A DNA stretch of 62,646 nt, filler included, from Stramenopiles sp. TOSAG23-2 (lineage: Eukaryota), in assembly GCA_900128395.1 (NCBI GenBank). It is 6 parts of 6 records of this genome, joined end to end, with 100 filler letters (N's around TTAATTAATTAA, not from the genome) between each part and the next. Parts side by side here need not be neighbours in the genome. Positions count along the whole stretch, not along the records: positions 28,100 to 55,882 come from LT649410.1; 5 more parts are not named here. One strand, given 5' to 3'. Below are positions 34,641 to 45,236 of the stretch, one piece after another. A program made the translations under genes and the position numbers. The notes beneath the pieces are model-generated. The model was not told where the DNA came from and made no database searches. It saw nothing but the letters and a program-made list of their open reading frames with translations. Numbering within the stretch: the stretch's first letter is position 1; every line of letters starts with the position of its first letter.

Positions 34641-36137
34641 TCATTGTTCAATATGAAAAACTTCTTCCAATGTTTCACTAACCGGTGAATGATCTTCATT
34701 TGATGGCATAATATCTCCCATGAATACCCACCATTTCTGGCATACTTCTGTTTTTGCAACTGCACTCCATCTTTCTAAATCTTCAATCTCAGCATATGCA
34801 AATAATTGATTTGTTGACTTCATATAATAAATCGAATATGTAACTACACCATGAGCTTTTAAAACCTCTTCTAATTCTGGCCATATCGGCCGATGTCGTC
34901 GTTCATATTCTTCTCTTTGACCTTCATTTACTGTCATAACAAATGCTTGCCTAATCGGTGTTGCAGATACACTGTTATTATTATTATTGTTCTTGTTGTT
35001 TCCTAAACCAGGCCATAGTAATTTATTGTTCCAAAAATCATTATTTCGATTCCCATAATAATTTTTCAACGCCAAATCTAATATAAAAGCAACTCGCATT
35101 GCATTTTCACCAGTACTTATATTTACAACATCATTTATTTCATTTTTTCCAATCAGGCAATTACAAATTGATTGTATCAATGGTTGTTGTGCATGTTCTG
35201 GTGGTGGTAAGTCTAGTTTTTCAACTATTTGGTCATTCCCTGAAATTTTCATCACATTCAAAGGTGTTGGTTGAAATGTTGACAGCGTAATCTCTCCTGT
35301 TGTCCCTCGGATAGTTATAGTATCATCATAAATTCCTTTCATTCCATTAAAACACCATAAACAATTTAATAATGCACCATTTTTAAAATTTCCAGATAAA
35401 CTTACTTGATCTTCTACATCATAATAATATTCATTTGAATCTTTCTCTTTGTTTGTTTTATTATCAATACGTGTAGCAATACCATTGACATTTGATATTT
35501 CACCACACATAAAATCAATGATGTCGAGTGTGTGGCACCCGATATCCATAATTAATCCGCCACCAGATTCTTTTGCGATATATCTCCATGGTAAATTTCC
35601 TTTTGCTTTTGATACTTCACCGTTAATAAACATTTGCTTTTGTGGGCGTAACATGACATATGATACAGATGTTATTGCTCCAATTTCACCATTTTCAATT
35701 AGTTTTTTTGCATGTAGAAATTTTGATTGACTTCGACGATAATATGCAACAAACAAAGGCAATTTTTTTTGTTTGAATTTATTCACAATATCTAAAGTTT
35801 CTGTATAATTTCTTCCCAAAGGTTTTTCAACATAGGTTGGTAAATTTTTAGCAAGACATTTCATTGCAATCTCATGATGTGTTGACGGTGGAGTAGATAT
35901 GTAAATAGCGTTAATTTCATTATCATTTAATATGTCATCAACATTGGAATAATATTTTGGTACATTATGCCTAGCACAAAAATCTTTTCCTTCTTGCTCG
36001 CTCCTGCGACAAATCGCAATTAATTTTGATTTATCACACTTATAAAATGCAGGACCACTTTTCACTTCACATACTGCACCAGCACCTATAATTCCCCAAC
36101 GAACGGTATCATCGTTTTCTTTTAATAATGATGCCAT
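34641..36137 (-). CDS. Gfo/Idh/MocA NAD(P)-oxidoreductase fused to a C-terminal L-rhamnose mutarotase (RhaM)
   Basis: [38 protein letters not shown]; poly-Asn linker; 34641-34955 [32 protein letters not shown] matches the RhaM pattern. Confidence 0.9.
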   Translation of the reverse strand: MASLLKENDDTVRWGIIGAGAVCEVKSGPAFYKCDKSKLIAICRRSEQEGKDFCARHNVPKYYSNVDDILNDNEINAIYISTPPSTHHEIAMKCLAKNLPTYVEKPLGRNYTETLDIVNKFKQKKLPLFVAYYRRSQSKFLHAKKLIENGEIGAITSVSYVMLRPQKQMFINGEVSKAKGNLPWRYIAKESGGGLIMDIGCHTLDIIDFMCGEISNVNGIATRIDNKTNKEKDSNEYYYDVEDQVSLSGNFKNGALLNCLWCFNGMKGIYDDTITIRGTTGEITLSTFQPTPLNVMKISGNDQIVEKLDLPPPEHAQQPLIQSICNCLIGKNEINDVVNISTGENAMRVAFILDLALKNYYGNRNNDFWNNKLLWPGLGNNKNNNNNNSVSATPIRQAFVMTVNEGQREEYERRHRPIWPELEEVLKAHGVVTYSIYYMKSTNQLFAYAEIEDLERWSAVAKTEVCQKWWVFMGDIMPSNEDHSPVSETLEEVFHIEQ

Positions 36138-38857
36138 GTTTGATCCATAAAGTTATCAACGTCTGGTTTTGTCTGGTCTTTTAGTTTGTATATATCAATT
36201 ACTAATAATGACAACGTTTCACTACCAAATCGCCATACTAAACCTTTAGAATAAAGCAATAACAAGAATACGCCTAGACACAATGCATTGTTCATCACTA
36301 CACCGCCATATAACATACTGTAAATTAAACTTAATTCTTTCTTTCTTTTCCTTCTTGCAAATAATACGCTACTAATAAGTTCACTTGCATTTGATGCGAT
36401 TGGAACAGCAACCATACTGATAAAAAACGATGATACGTTAATGTTTTTACCAAATCTACTGATAGTATTGACTAATGGATCTGCGAAAAACATGATTACA
36501 AGGGTGCCCAAGGCGATCAAACCAAAACCATTCAGCATGATCTTTCTTTCCTGTTGCCTCGTCAATTGTTGAGATTCACCATCTGCTGCATCTTCATCGT
36601 TTAAAACTTCAACAGCAGCTTTCCAAGCATCAAAAATCGCTTTTTTATAACTTTTCTTATGCGCCCATCCAATCAATGCCATTCGCATTTCATCATATGC
36701 ATGGGGATCCATATTTTCTTTCAGTTCATCTGTCATTTTTTGCATATCCCGTATTTTAACAAGATTGTTATGGATATTTGTTCGCATATTTGAACTAATA
36801 CCACCTACTTTAAATCGATTACTTCGAACTGCTGGCAAACTGCCTACGGACAAAGTTGCAAGAAGGCTACTTGCCGATTGGCTCCTATTTCTACGAGCTT
36901 GGGCTGCAATAACTACGTCGTCCATACCGTAATCATTACTAAACGAACGTAATGTTTGGGCTTCATTAACATTCATCTGTGGATCACTGCGGCTAAAACT
37001 ACTAGTGCTGCTTCCATGATCAGTGCTATGTTGCCTACCTAATATTCGATGTGAATGTGGGCGATTTACTAATTGAATCTTATCACCGTCATCTTTTTTA
37101 TTACTGATATTGATTGCAACAGCTTTTGTCTCGACACTATTAGTTTTTCCTGTATCAGGACCTTCTTCATCAGAACCTTCTTCATTAATAGGCGCAAGGG
37201 ATTGCGAAGCGCGATCATTGATTGGAATAGCGTTTTCCCCAGTCATTTCCAATTTCTTCAAAACATAATCTTTCGGTTCTAAATTCATTCGAGACACATG
37301 TGATTTAACAGCTTTCATGGAGTAACGATGCCTTCTTGCAAGAGCCGTGCGATTCTGTCTTCGGCTTTCTTTAAATATTTTTCGTATTTGTGATTCATAA
37401 TCTTTTGCTACTTGGGATGTAAATTGAGATGTGATGACGGTATCAAGGCCACCATGGTTATTTGCCCTTTTTACAGTATCTAAAAAATTTAACCATTCTC
37501 TTTTTTTTTGGGCACGACGTAACAATGCTTTTTTTTGTTTATCATTGTGCATAGCATCCCAACTATAAAATATGAAAATAAAGATACAGATAAAAAATCC
37601 TACTAAACCTGCAATTTGTGTTGCCATCTCACTGGACACTCCATAATATTGCAAAGTTGCAAATAATTGCACAACAACAAATGGCAACATAGTGCATAAC
37701 ATAATAAGTGAAGTACGCCTAACAGAGACAAAGACAGTTATACCTGTGTTGAACCATCCATTGAGTGATGTTAATGGCATTGCATTGTTATTATTGGATG
37801 CATTTTTATCATTTTCTTTGAGTACAATTGCCATATCTCTCATTGTCAATTCACGCTTTGTTGTCTCCTCTACTTGCTCCAATATGATTACATCATCTTC
37901 CTCATCTTCGGATGTAGATGATTCGCTATCACTGCTAGATGATGTATCTGTTGATGTACCCCCATCATTAAAATCGTTGATAATGTCGGTTTTGAGAAGC
38001 TTTACATCGTCACCTTCATCGTCATCCTCTTCCCCAACAACAACTCCTTGCATCGCGTATTCCAAGAATTCATCCAGTGATATATGTTTATTAGAATTTT
38101 TATCCATGTTATCGAAAAATTCATTAAACCACTTAGGTTTCAAAAAACCTTTTAACGATTCATGCGCCTCAATCATATCGATAATATCTTTTTTTGCAAC
38201 TGCTTTCATAAATTCTTTTCTCTCAATCGTACCATTATTATTTGTATCAATTGCTAAAAATATTTTTTTTAAAGCTTCTTTTTTTTGAAATAGAACTAAT
38301 GCTTTTTCTTTTTTTTTCTGAAGTGCTTTGCTTCTGTTTTTACTTAATCGTCTTTGAGCATCATTTTGCACAGCTTGTTTTATCAAAGTCTTCCTTCGTG
38401 CCTTTTGCTTTTTGCTATGTGGATGATGATATCTAGCTTTTTTACGACCGGATTTAGTTTTAACCAGTGGTACACGGCCAACTAATAACGCAATTGCCCA
38501 TGGCATGGTCAATAATATAATATTTGAACCAGCTAAAGTACCCATCCCAACATTTAATTGTTCTTGTGCATCTGCCCCACTCGCATTGATAACGGAGAAA
38601 AAGATAACAGTCGCATCTGGTAATGCCCCCAATACCGGCAATAATACACCACCAATTAAACCAGGAGGGAAAACTTCTAATAACTTATCAGAACCAAGAT
38701 TAATTTGTTTTGCACCCCACGCCAATATCCCACCATATATAAGCAATAAAAACAAATTACCAGTCCATGTTAAAGAACATGGATACATATCATAAAGACA
38801 TACGGTTTCATCGATGATTGCCGATGGAGACGGGGAAGAACTATTTGTATAATTCAT
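36122..38857 (-). CDS. NCL/EF-CAX-type Na+/Ca2+ exchanger-like protein with EF hands; C-terminus possibly truncated
   Basis: LPVLGALPD and [11 protein letters not shown] (alpha1); EF hands [12 protein letters not shown] and [20 protein letters not shown] and VMNN (alpha2); likely ATG 38857. Confidence 0.88.
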   Translation of the reverse strand: MNYTNSSSPSPSAIIDETVCLYDMYPCSLTWTGNLFLLLIYGGILAWGAKQINLGSDKLLEVFPPGLIGGVLLPVLGALPDATVIFFSVINASGADAQEQLNVGMGTLAGSNIILLTMPWAIALLVGRVPLVKTKSGRKKARYHHPHSKKQKARRKTLIKQAVQNDAQRRLSKNRSKALQKKKEKALVLFQKKEALKKIFLAIDTNNNGTIERKEFMKAVAKKDIIDMIEAHESLKGFLKPKWFNEFFDNMDKNSNKHISLDEFLEYAMQGVVVGEEDDDEGDDVKLLKTDIINDFNDGGTSTDTSSSSDSESSTSEDEEDDVIILEQVEETTKRELTMRDMAIVLKENDKNASNNNNAMPLTSLNGWFNTGITVFVSVRRTSLIMLCTMLPFVVVQLFATLQYYGVSSEMATQIAGLVGFFICIFIFIFYSWDAMHNDKQKKALLRRAQKKREWLNFLDTVKRANNHGGLDTVITSQFTSQVAKDYESQIRKIFKESRRQNRTALARRHRYSMKAVKSHVSRMNLEPKDYVLKKLEMTGENAIPINDRASQSLAPINEEGSDEEGPDTGKTNSVETKAVAINISNKKDDGDKIQLVNRPHSHRILGRQHSTDHGSSTSSFSRSDPQMNVNEAQTLRSFSNDYGMDDVVIAAQARRNRSQSASSLLATLSVGSLPAVRSNRFKVGGISSNMRTNIHNNLVKIRDMQKMTDELKENMDPHAYDEMRMALIGWAHKKSYKKAIFDAWKAAVEVLNDEDAADGESQQLTRQQERKIMLNGFGLIALGTLVIMFFADPLVNTISRFGKNINVSSFFISMVAVPIASNASELISSVLFARRKRKKELSLIYSMLYGGVVMNNALCLGVFLLLLYSKGLVWRFGSETLSLLVIDIYKLKDQTKPDVDNFMDQTWHHY

Positions 38858-39462
38858 CGTAAATAAGTGTGTGTGTGTATAATATATATTATATTTATAT
38901 ATATATATATATGCGTATGTTTGTATACCTTTGTGTGACAATTCGTATCTGCTTTATCTATCGATATGAGTATTAATTTTTCCCACCACCACGGTTATTA
39001 GTTTTTTTTTGATGATTGGTGGGATGATGCGGATGATTTAGTACCAGGTATTATTGAAATTATAGATTTGATTGATGATGCACTTTTGTTGACGACTTTA
39101 TATTTTAATATTTACCTAGGTATAAATAATAACAAAATGACTATTTAGAGTAATAGTAATAATAATATCCGATAATTAATAATTAATAACTATTTACAGG
39201 GACTTATTCTATGATTATTTTTAGATAATAAAAATTCCTGAAATGTTTTTGATTTTTTTAAGGCTAAATCCATCGGCATCACGAATTGCCAGAGATAATT
39301 CAAGAATTATTATAAAAAATAACAAAATGTGGTGGAAAAATAGATTTTAACATCAACATTGAATACAGATATATATGTATTTTTAATTGTATGTTTAATC
39401 GTAATATTTATTAATGTTCTATTTGTATAATAATAATAATAATAATAAGAACGTTATAAAAT

Positions 39463-40203
39463 ATGGCAACGAATGGCGCAGTAAAAGCAACATCAGAAAA
39501 TCGTACATGGGATGATGCAGAATATGAAAAATTAGCCAGGGAAAGAAGAGAAAATGCACATAATGAAAAAATAAATAAAGTAATTGCAAAGGAAAGTGTG
39601 ACGGTACGAACAGAAAATCTTGATTTAGAGAAAAAAGTTGGAACAAAGGCTAAATTCAATGCTCATCCAGATGCAAAGCGTACTGGAAAAGGTTTTTGGT
39701 GTGCAGTCTGTGAGATGGAATTTTTAGATAGTTCAAGTTATGTTAGTCATATTAACTCTCGATTTCATCAAAGCAAATTAGGTAAATCAATGTTAATAAC
39801 TGAAAGTTCTTTAAGTGATGTGAAACAGAAATTATTACAACATAAAAAGCGTAACAGAGACCAAGCCAATGGAAGTAGCAATAGCATCAATAACAATGCA
39901 AATAAAAGTAGTAGTAGTAGATATGTAAGCAAAACCAAAGATGGAAAACAATTAACAAAGACTGAAATTTATGAATTGAAAAAGAAACAAGTGGAAGAAG
40001 AAGAAGCACTTCGAAAAAAACAAAAAAGAGATCATAGAAAGCAGCAAAAAAAGGATAATAAAAAAAATAATAACTATAATAATGATGATGATAGTGATAA
40101 TAAAACTTTAAATGAAAAAGTAGAAGAAGAGGTAGTAGAAGAAGAGGAAAGTGAAGAAATGAAACAAATGAAATTAATGATGGGTTTTGGAAGCTTTAAT
40201 TGA
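39463..40203 (+). CDS. ZMAT2: U1-type zinc finger spliceosomal protein (ZMAT2/Snu23)
   Basis: RTWDDAEYE; CAVC..DSSSYVSHINSRFH; terminal MMGFGSF. Confidence 0.85.
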   Translation: MATNGAVKATSENRTWDDAEYEKLARERRENAHNEKINKVIAKESVTVRTENLDLEKKVGTKAKFNAHPDAKRTGKGFWCAVCEMEFLDSSSYVSHINSRFHQSKLGKSMLITESSLSDVKQKLLQHKKRNRDQANGSSNSINNNANKSSSSRYVSKTKDGKQLTKTEIYELKKKQVEEEEALRKKQKRDHRKQQKKDNKKNNNYNNDDDSDNKTLNEKVEEEVVEEEESEEMKQMKLMMGFGSFN

Positions 40204-40489
40204 GACCACATCTCATTATGTGATGAATTTCTTATAAAATGTGTCTTGTCGCTAAGTCGTCTATATACTACTGTAGTGTTTATTTTATATTTATATATAT
40301 TATTATTATTTGAAATTATTACAAGTAGTGCCATTATTTCAATTATTACCATTATTATATATACAAATTCACATTCATCATAAATATATTCTTATGAAAT
40401 AAAAACACACACATATATATAATATATATATAGAACACAAAATCAATATATACATACATATATTATCGATTTTGTTCAAAAGTTCAACG

Positions 40490-41026
40490 ATGAAAAAAAC
40501 ATTAAACAGTTTCACATGTGCTATTTTTATTTTCTTTGTATTGAGTATTACAACCACTCAAGGAAATAAATGCAATTGTCATACCTGGCACAATGTCACT
40601 GCGTACAAAGGAAGTTGGACAGCAACAATTAGTGCTGTCCATGAGGCAGCAACATTTTACAATGGTGACTGTAATGTTATCCCTAATGATAAAAATAATG
40701 CATTTATCGTTTCAGACTCAAATACAACATTGCCACAATTTGGTTATAAACCAGGGCCATTAGCTGACTTTGATACTAGCTATGCACTAACATTTGTTCG
40801 TACGGATAAACATTCAAAAAAACATATTCGTGGTAGTAGTAATGACGTGAATGTTACTTCTTCTGGGGGGAGAAAATTATTTCAATCTATGGCATGTGTA
40901 TTTGTAGTTGCTGCAGCTGGACCTGCCATGCCTGATGTTCGAGCAGAAGAATATAATGGCGCGATATGTATGTGGAAACGTGTAGATGGGGAAGGAGAAA
41001 GTTATTATTTGGATTATAATGAATGA
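40490..41026 (+). CDS. Secreted hypothetical protein
   Basis: Signal peptide MKKTLNSFTCAIFIFFVLSITTTQG; Cys-containing, beta-rich mature region. Confidence 0.7.
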   Translation: MKKTLNSFTCAIFIFFVLSITTTQGNKCNCHTWHNVTAYKGSWTATISAVHEAATFYNGDCNVIPNDKNNAFIVSDSNTTLPQFGYKPGPLADFDTSYALTFVRTDKHSKKHIRGSSNDVNVTSSGGRKLFQSMACVFVVAAAGPAMPDVRAEEYNGAICMWKRVDGEGESYYLDYNE

Positions 41027-41200
41027 TTGATGTAAAAGTATCTGAATAAAATATATTTTTTTGAAAAAAATAAAATTTAAAAATATTCTTTTTTATATCT
41101 AGAAAAACACACATGTATTTATCTCTCATAATCGGCGTAACAGACACGTTTTTCCATCATATAAGTAACTCTTTCCCTCTTACCTGCTACGAAATCGTAT

Positions 41201-44200
41201 TTATAAAGCGTTTTTACATATATCTAAACATGTTTGTGTAAATCCAGGATCCTTCGTTCGCACAGTAAGTAAGACACCATTTGCCATAATTTTACCGTGA
41301 ACTAATACAATATTCCCATCCGCTTTCATCCCAGCGCATATTGCTTCTCCAGTTTGTACAATGGCTTGAACTGCTTGTAAATTAGCACCTTGTTGCATGG
41401 CGGTCATAAATGTTTGAGGCGAGTTTACAGAACTAGGGACAGTTATTTTCATTTCGGAAGTATGGGAACCCCAATTGCCACCAAATTGTTGTGTATTAAA
41501 TGATGTTGGTGAAAGCAATGGTTGTGGTGGTGCTTGTTCGGTCGTTGTACCACCCATCATAAATCCTCCCAATAAATCATCAGTTCCACTACTACTACTA
41601 TTATTATTACTACTACTACTATTATTATTATTATTGCTACTACCCATGTCTCCAAATAACCCCATTACATCATCAGTTGCTGTGTTATTATTTTGCTGAA
41701 CTTGCGGAGGTGGATTATCATTTCCGCCACCACCAAATGCTAGGCCTAACAAATCATCATCGTTGCTAGTACTCTGTGGAGCTGGCGGGTTGTTACTATT
41801 ACTATCATTGGTACTTCCCATTCCAAGCAAATCATCTCCCCCACCAAGTAAATCTACTTCTTGTTCCTGTGGTGCTGGTTTTTGTTGTTGTTGTTGTTGT
41901 TGTTGTCCTCCATTGTTGCGACCTGCTCTACGCGCAGCTCTTCGTGCACGCCCAGAAGACCGCTTGCCAGCAGAAGATGTTTTCGATGTCGAGCCACTGT
42001 CACCACCAACAATGCCACCAAACAATGCTGCCGCTTGGCGTTCACGTTCACTGATAACTGGCTCTTTTGGAGTATCATCAACGAAATTGTTATTATTGCT
42101 AATGTCGTTTGTTTCTTCAACAGTTACAACACTTCCTGTCAAAGAATCATCATCAAAAATTCCTAATCCATTGCTATTTCCACCATTATTGTTGTTATTA
42201 TTATTTTGTTTTGCTTGTTGCTCTTGTTGTTGTTTTTGTTGCTGTTCTTCCTGTTGCGACATACCTATATGCCCAGATGCGCCCCATGGTCCAGATGCAC
42301 CAATAGCTTCCAATGTATTAGCATCTTGCATGGAATTAGATGATTGTTGTTGTGAATCTAAATTATTTGATGGCAGACCTAAACCTAAGCCATCCATATT
42401 ATCAAGACCACCGTCATTTTTTGCCACGCCACCAACCAAACCAGCACTATTTACGGTAGTGCTTCCACCAACTGTTGGTTTTGCATATGCATCAAACTTT
42501 AAGCCACTTCCATTTTTGTTGCTGGACTCATCATCACCACCACCAAGACCACCATCTAAATACAAATCATCTGGTGGATTATATGGTTGGGCCCCATTAT
42601 CCAATGCTTGTTGGACAAAATCATCTAAAAATGACATATTTTCATCAATATCAAGATCTTCACAACTAGCGTCAACTGGTAAAACGGCTTGCATCAATTC
42701 TGGATCTTTTATCAACTCTAAAAATTCACCACATCGTTGATGTAAATTTGTATCTCTTACGTTCACATTGTTTTGGCAAAAGGCTATGGCATTTTCAGTC
42801 GAACGGCCCATTTGCGCGGCTAGTTTTAGCATGGCGGTGACGCAATATGCTTTGCATTTCGACGATGTATGTTTGTTTTCAGCAAGCTCAACCAGCTTAT
42901 CGCATACATCAGGTAATTCTTCACCTCCTAAAACATATGCATATTCACCAAGTACCCATGCAATCACATATACAGCAATATGTGGCAACGGCTTCTTTTG
43001 TTGAGTAGTTGGATCCTCAGGTGGTTCTAATAGGTCTAAAAACGTTTCAACAGCTTCAATTCTTAAGTTTTCATCCGCCTCGTCATCTTCACCACCGCTG
43101 CCTTCCGCTATTAAGCGTATTATAGTAATCCCAGCTGATTCTTGTACAAATTCACCAGCAGTTTCAAATACCCTTGCCATGGTTTGGATATACCATTCAT
43201 TGCTTGGTGCGTATCGTTCTGCTAATCCAGTAATTTTAGATACTAAATCTTTTCTTAAAAAATCATCATTGGAACTTTTTAAATAATCAATCATTTTTGT
43301 CGAGATGGTCTCCACATTGACAGGGTTTGACATGCGATATAGTAACTCTAATGTTTTACGTCGCAACGTCTCATCTTGATCTTCTAAACAATCCATAACA
43401 ACTAATTGATGTTTAGCTGCGTAACGTGGATGGTCTTGTACGATAGATGCTAAACCGGTGATACCTAGATATCTTAAGTTATGGTTCGAACTAGCAATAA
43501 AACGCCCAATTGCACCTGCAGCAGCATCTAGTAACGTATTGTTTGGATAAATACTTGTAATTGTTTTGACACTTTCATAAATGATAGCATAACCAACATT
43601 GATACCAGTATCAGCCCTACGCATGACTTCTAATATAACTTCATACATACCTTCACTACTTGCTTGATCAGTAGCGCCTAATATTGCTAATATTTGCAAT
43701 AATTTAATTTGTATCCATGGAGCTGGCATCCTGTGATAATCATAATCTTTCGGTAAACGATGTTCCGTAATCTGTTTTAAAATCGATACATAGCTTGGTA
43801 CTAAATCTTTATATGCCAATGGATTTGCTTCTGCTAAATCACCTAATACATGCAAAGCACTACCCATAACACTTGGATCTTTGTCACATAACGTACGTCG
43901 AAAATGATCATGATAATCTTCAACAGAAGGATTATCCAATTGATAAAAGCGATGCATGACCATGATTGCTTTTTTACGAACTACTGCTTCGCTATTTTTT
44001 AAACATTCTGCTACTAAACCGATCATAGCAGGTATCATATCTTTCGTACCTAATTTTGCTAAAGCAATTAATCCTGTACATATTTGTAAGTGATTAATAC
44101 TTTGTAAATCTCGTTGTAACTGGTTTACCATCATAAATCTTAATTCATGATCTGGGCGCAACATTTGCGCGCATGCTAAATATGCTGTTTTTTTCTGCAC

Positions 44201-44449
44201 TAAATTCTCCCTTGCACTAAGTTGTACAGCATGGATGTATCCAAATGAACCATCATGCCCAAGCATTTCACAATATATCAAACGTACTAAAAATTCTTTC
44301 ATTTCACTTGGTTTTGCTTTTTTTGCAAATTTTCCTTTTAATATGCTAACTTCTGCAGTGATAATGCGATCTTCCTCTTGTTTACTTTTCGATTCCCCAA
44401 TCGCTTTAACAAGTTCAAAAAATTGCTTTGATAAATGTGAACCCGACAT
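41201..44449 (-). CDS. AP4E1: AP-4 adaptor complex epsilon subunit
   Basis: SKQFFELVKAIGESKSKQEEDRII; LKQITEHRLPKDYDYHRMPAPWIQ; LPVDASCED; DLL-rich hinge; appendage FGGNW. Confidence 0.95.
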   Translation of the reverse strand: MSGSHLSKQFFELVKAIGESKSKQEEDRIITAEVSILKGKFAKKAKPSEMKEFLVRLIYCEMLGHDGSFGYIHAVQLSARENLVQKKTAYLACAQMLRPDHELRFMMVNQLQRDLQSINHLQICTGLIALAKLGTKDMIPAMIGLVAECLKNSEAVVRKKAIMVMHRFYQLDNPSVEDYHDHFRRTLCDKDPSVMGSALHVLGDLAEANPLAYKDLVPSYVSILKQITEHRLPKDYDYHRMPAPWIQIKLLQILAILGATDQASSEGMYEVILEVMRRADTGINVGYAIIYESVKTITSIYPNNTLLDAAAGAIGRFIASSNHNLRYLGITGLASIVQDHPRYAAKHQLVVMDCLEDQDETLRRKTLELLYRMSNPVNVETISTKMIDYLKSSNDDFLRKDLVSKITGLAERYAPSNEWYIQTMARVFETAGEFVQESAGITIIRLIAEGSGGEDDEADENLRIEAVETFLDLLEPPEDPTTQQKKPLPHIAVYVIAWVLGEYAYVLGGEELPDVCDKLVELAENKHTSSKCKAYCVTAMLKLAAQMGRSTENAIAFCQNNVNVRDTNLHQRCGEFLELIKDPELMQAVLPVDASCEDLDIDENMSFLDDFVQQALDNGAQPYNPPDDLYLDGGLGGGDDESSNKNGSGLKFDAYAKPTVGGSTTVNSAGLVGGVAKNDGGLDNMDGLGLGLPSNNLDSQQQSSNSMQDANTLEAIGASGPWGASGHIGMSQQEEQQQKQQQEQQAKQNNNNNNNGGNSNGLGIFDDDSLTGSVVTVEETNDISNNNNFVDDTPKEPVISERERQAAALFGGIVGGDSGSTSKTSSAGKRSSGRARRAARRAGRNNGGQQQQQQQQKPAPQEQEVDLLGGGDDLLGMGSTNDSNSNNPPAPQSTSNDDDLLGLAFGGGGNDNPPPQVQQNNNTATDDVMGLFGDMGSSNNNNNSSSSNNNSSSSGTDDLLGGFMMGGTTTEQAPPQPLLSPTSFNTQQFGGNWGSHTSEMKITVPSSVNSPQTFMTAMQQGANLQAVQAIVQTGEAICAGMKADGNIVLVHGKIMANGVLLTVRTKDPGFTQTCLDICKNAL

Positions 44450-44774
44450 ATTGTTTAATTGAAGATATATATTATGTATTATATACTATTTACTTCTCTT
44501 TCTAATATATTATATTTAATACTATTATCAAATATTTATCTTTTTTTTTTTATTAATTATATATATAATTTTACAATATTATATATATATATATATATCA
44601 ATACCCGAGATTTAATACCAACTATGTATATATAATGTATTAATGTCCTTTCTTCCCGTAAAAGAGACTCTTCGTTTATATATGTTTGTTCTACTAATAT
44701 ACATCTATTCGTATATTCTCTTGTGATGCCCAGATTAATAGAAGCTTATCTTTAAAATTTATTCATTCATTTTT

Positions 44775-44852
44775 TTCCTGGAATGATCAAAATCATTCCA
44801 GGAATGCCAGCCGGGCCAGGAATGCCAGGAATGCCTGGAATGCCTGGATGCC
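44775..44852. promoter_or_regulatory. Candidate bidirectional-promoter element: 13-bp inverted repeat plus a (GGAATGCCW)n array
   Basis: TTCCTGGAATGAT-caaa-ATCATTCCAGGAA, then GGAATGCCA/T repeats, midway between divergent AP4E1 and CEP78. Confidence 0.5.
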
Positions 44853-45236
44853 ACAGCACAGCAGCGCCACATCAAGTTTTGTGAAATAATAGCTGTGCTG
44901 AAATATATCAGTGTGCTATTTCCATGCTAAGGCATGCCCAGCATCAAAATATCACAATCTAAATCGCGGCAGTTAAAAAATATATATTCTTCTTTCTTCT
45001 TAAAATTTAAAACTGATTTCATATTATTATAAAAATATTTTTCACTAAAAATAATAGAAGAGTAGATGGTAACTACAAAACATACAAATTTATTAATAAT
45101 TCAATTCATTTATATTGTATTTTATTATATTAGATTATTTGCAACAAGAGTAAAAAAAAAAAAAAACGCATTTACGTTGGTAATACATACGTGCGTACAT
45201 ACATACATACGTGATAATAATTGAAAACAAAAAAAG

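Noticed and set aside
41763..42740. 325-aa plus-strand ORF and other antisense ORFs (e.g. 22726-23478, 37692-38288, 17287-17868)
   Set aside because: Shadow frames opposite well-supported genes, with poly-Leu/Cys/Ser mirrored from Asn/Gln/Asp codons
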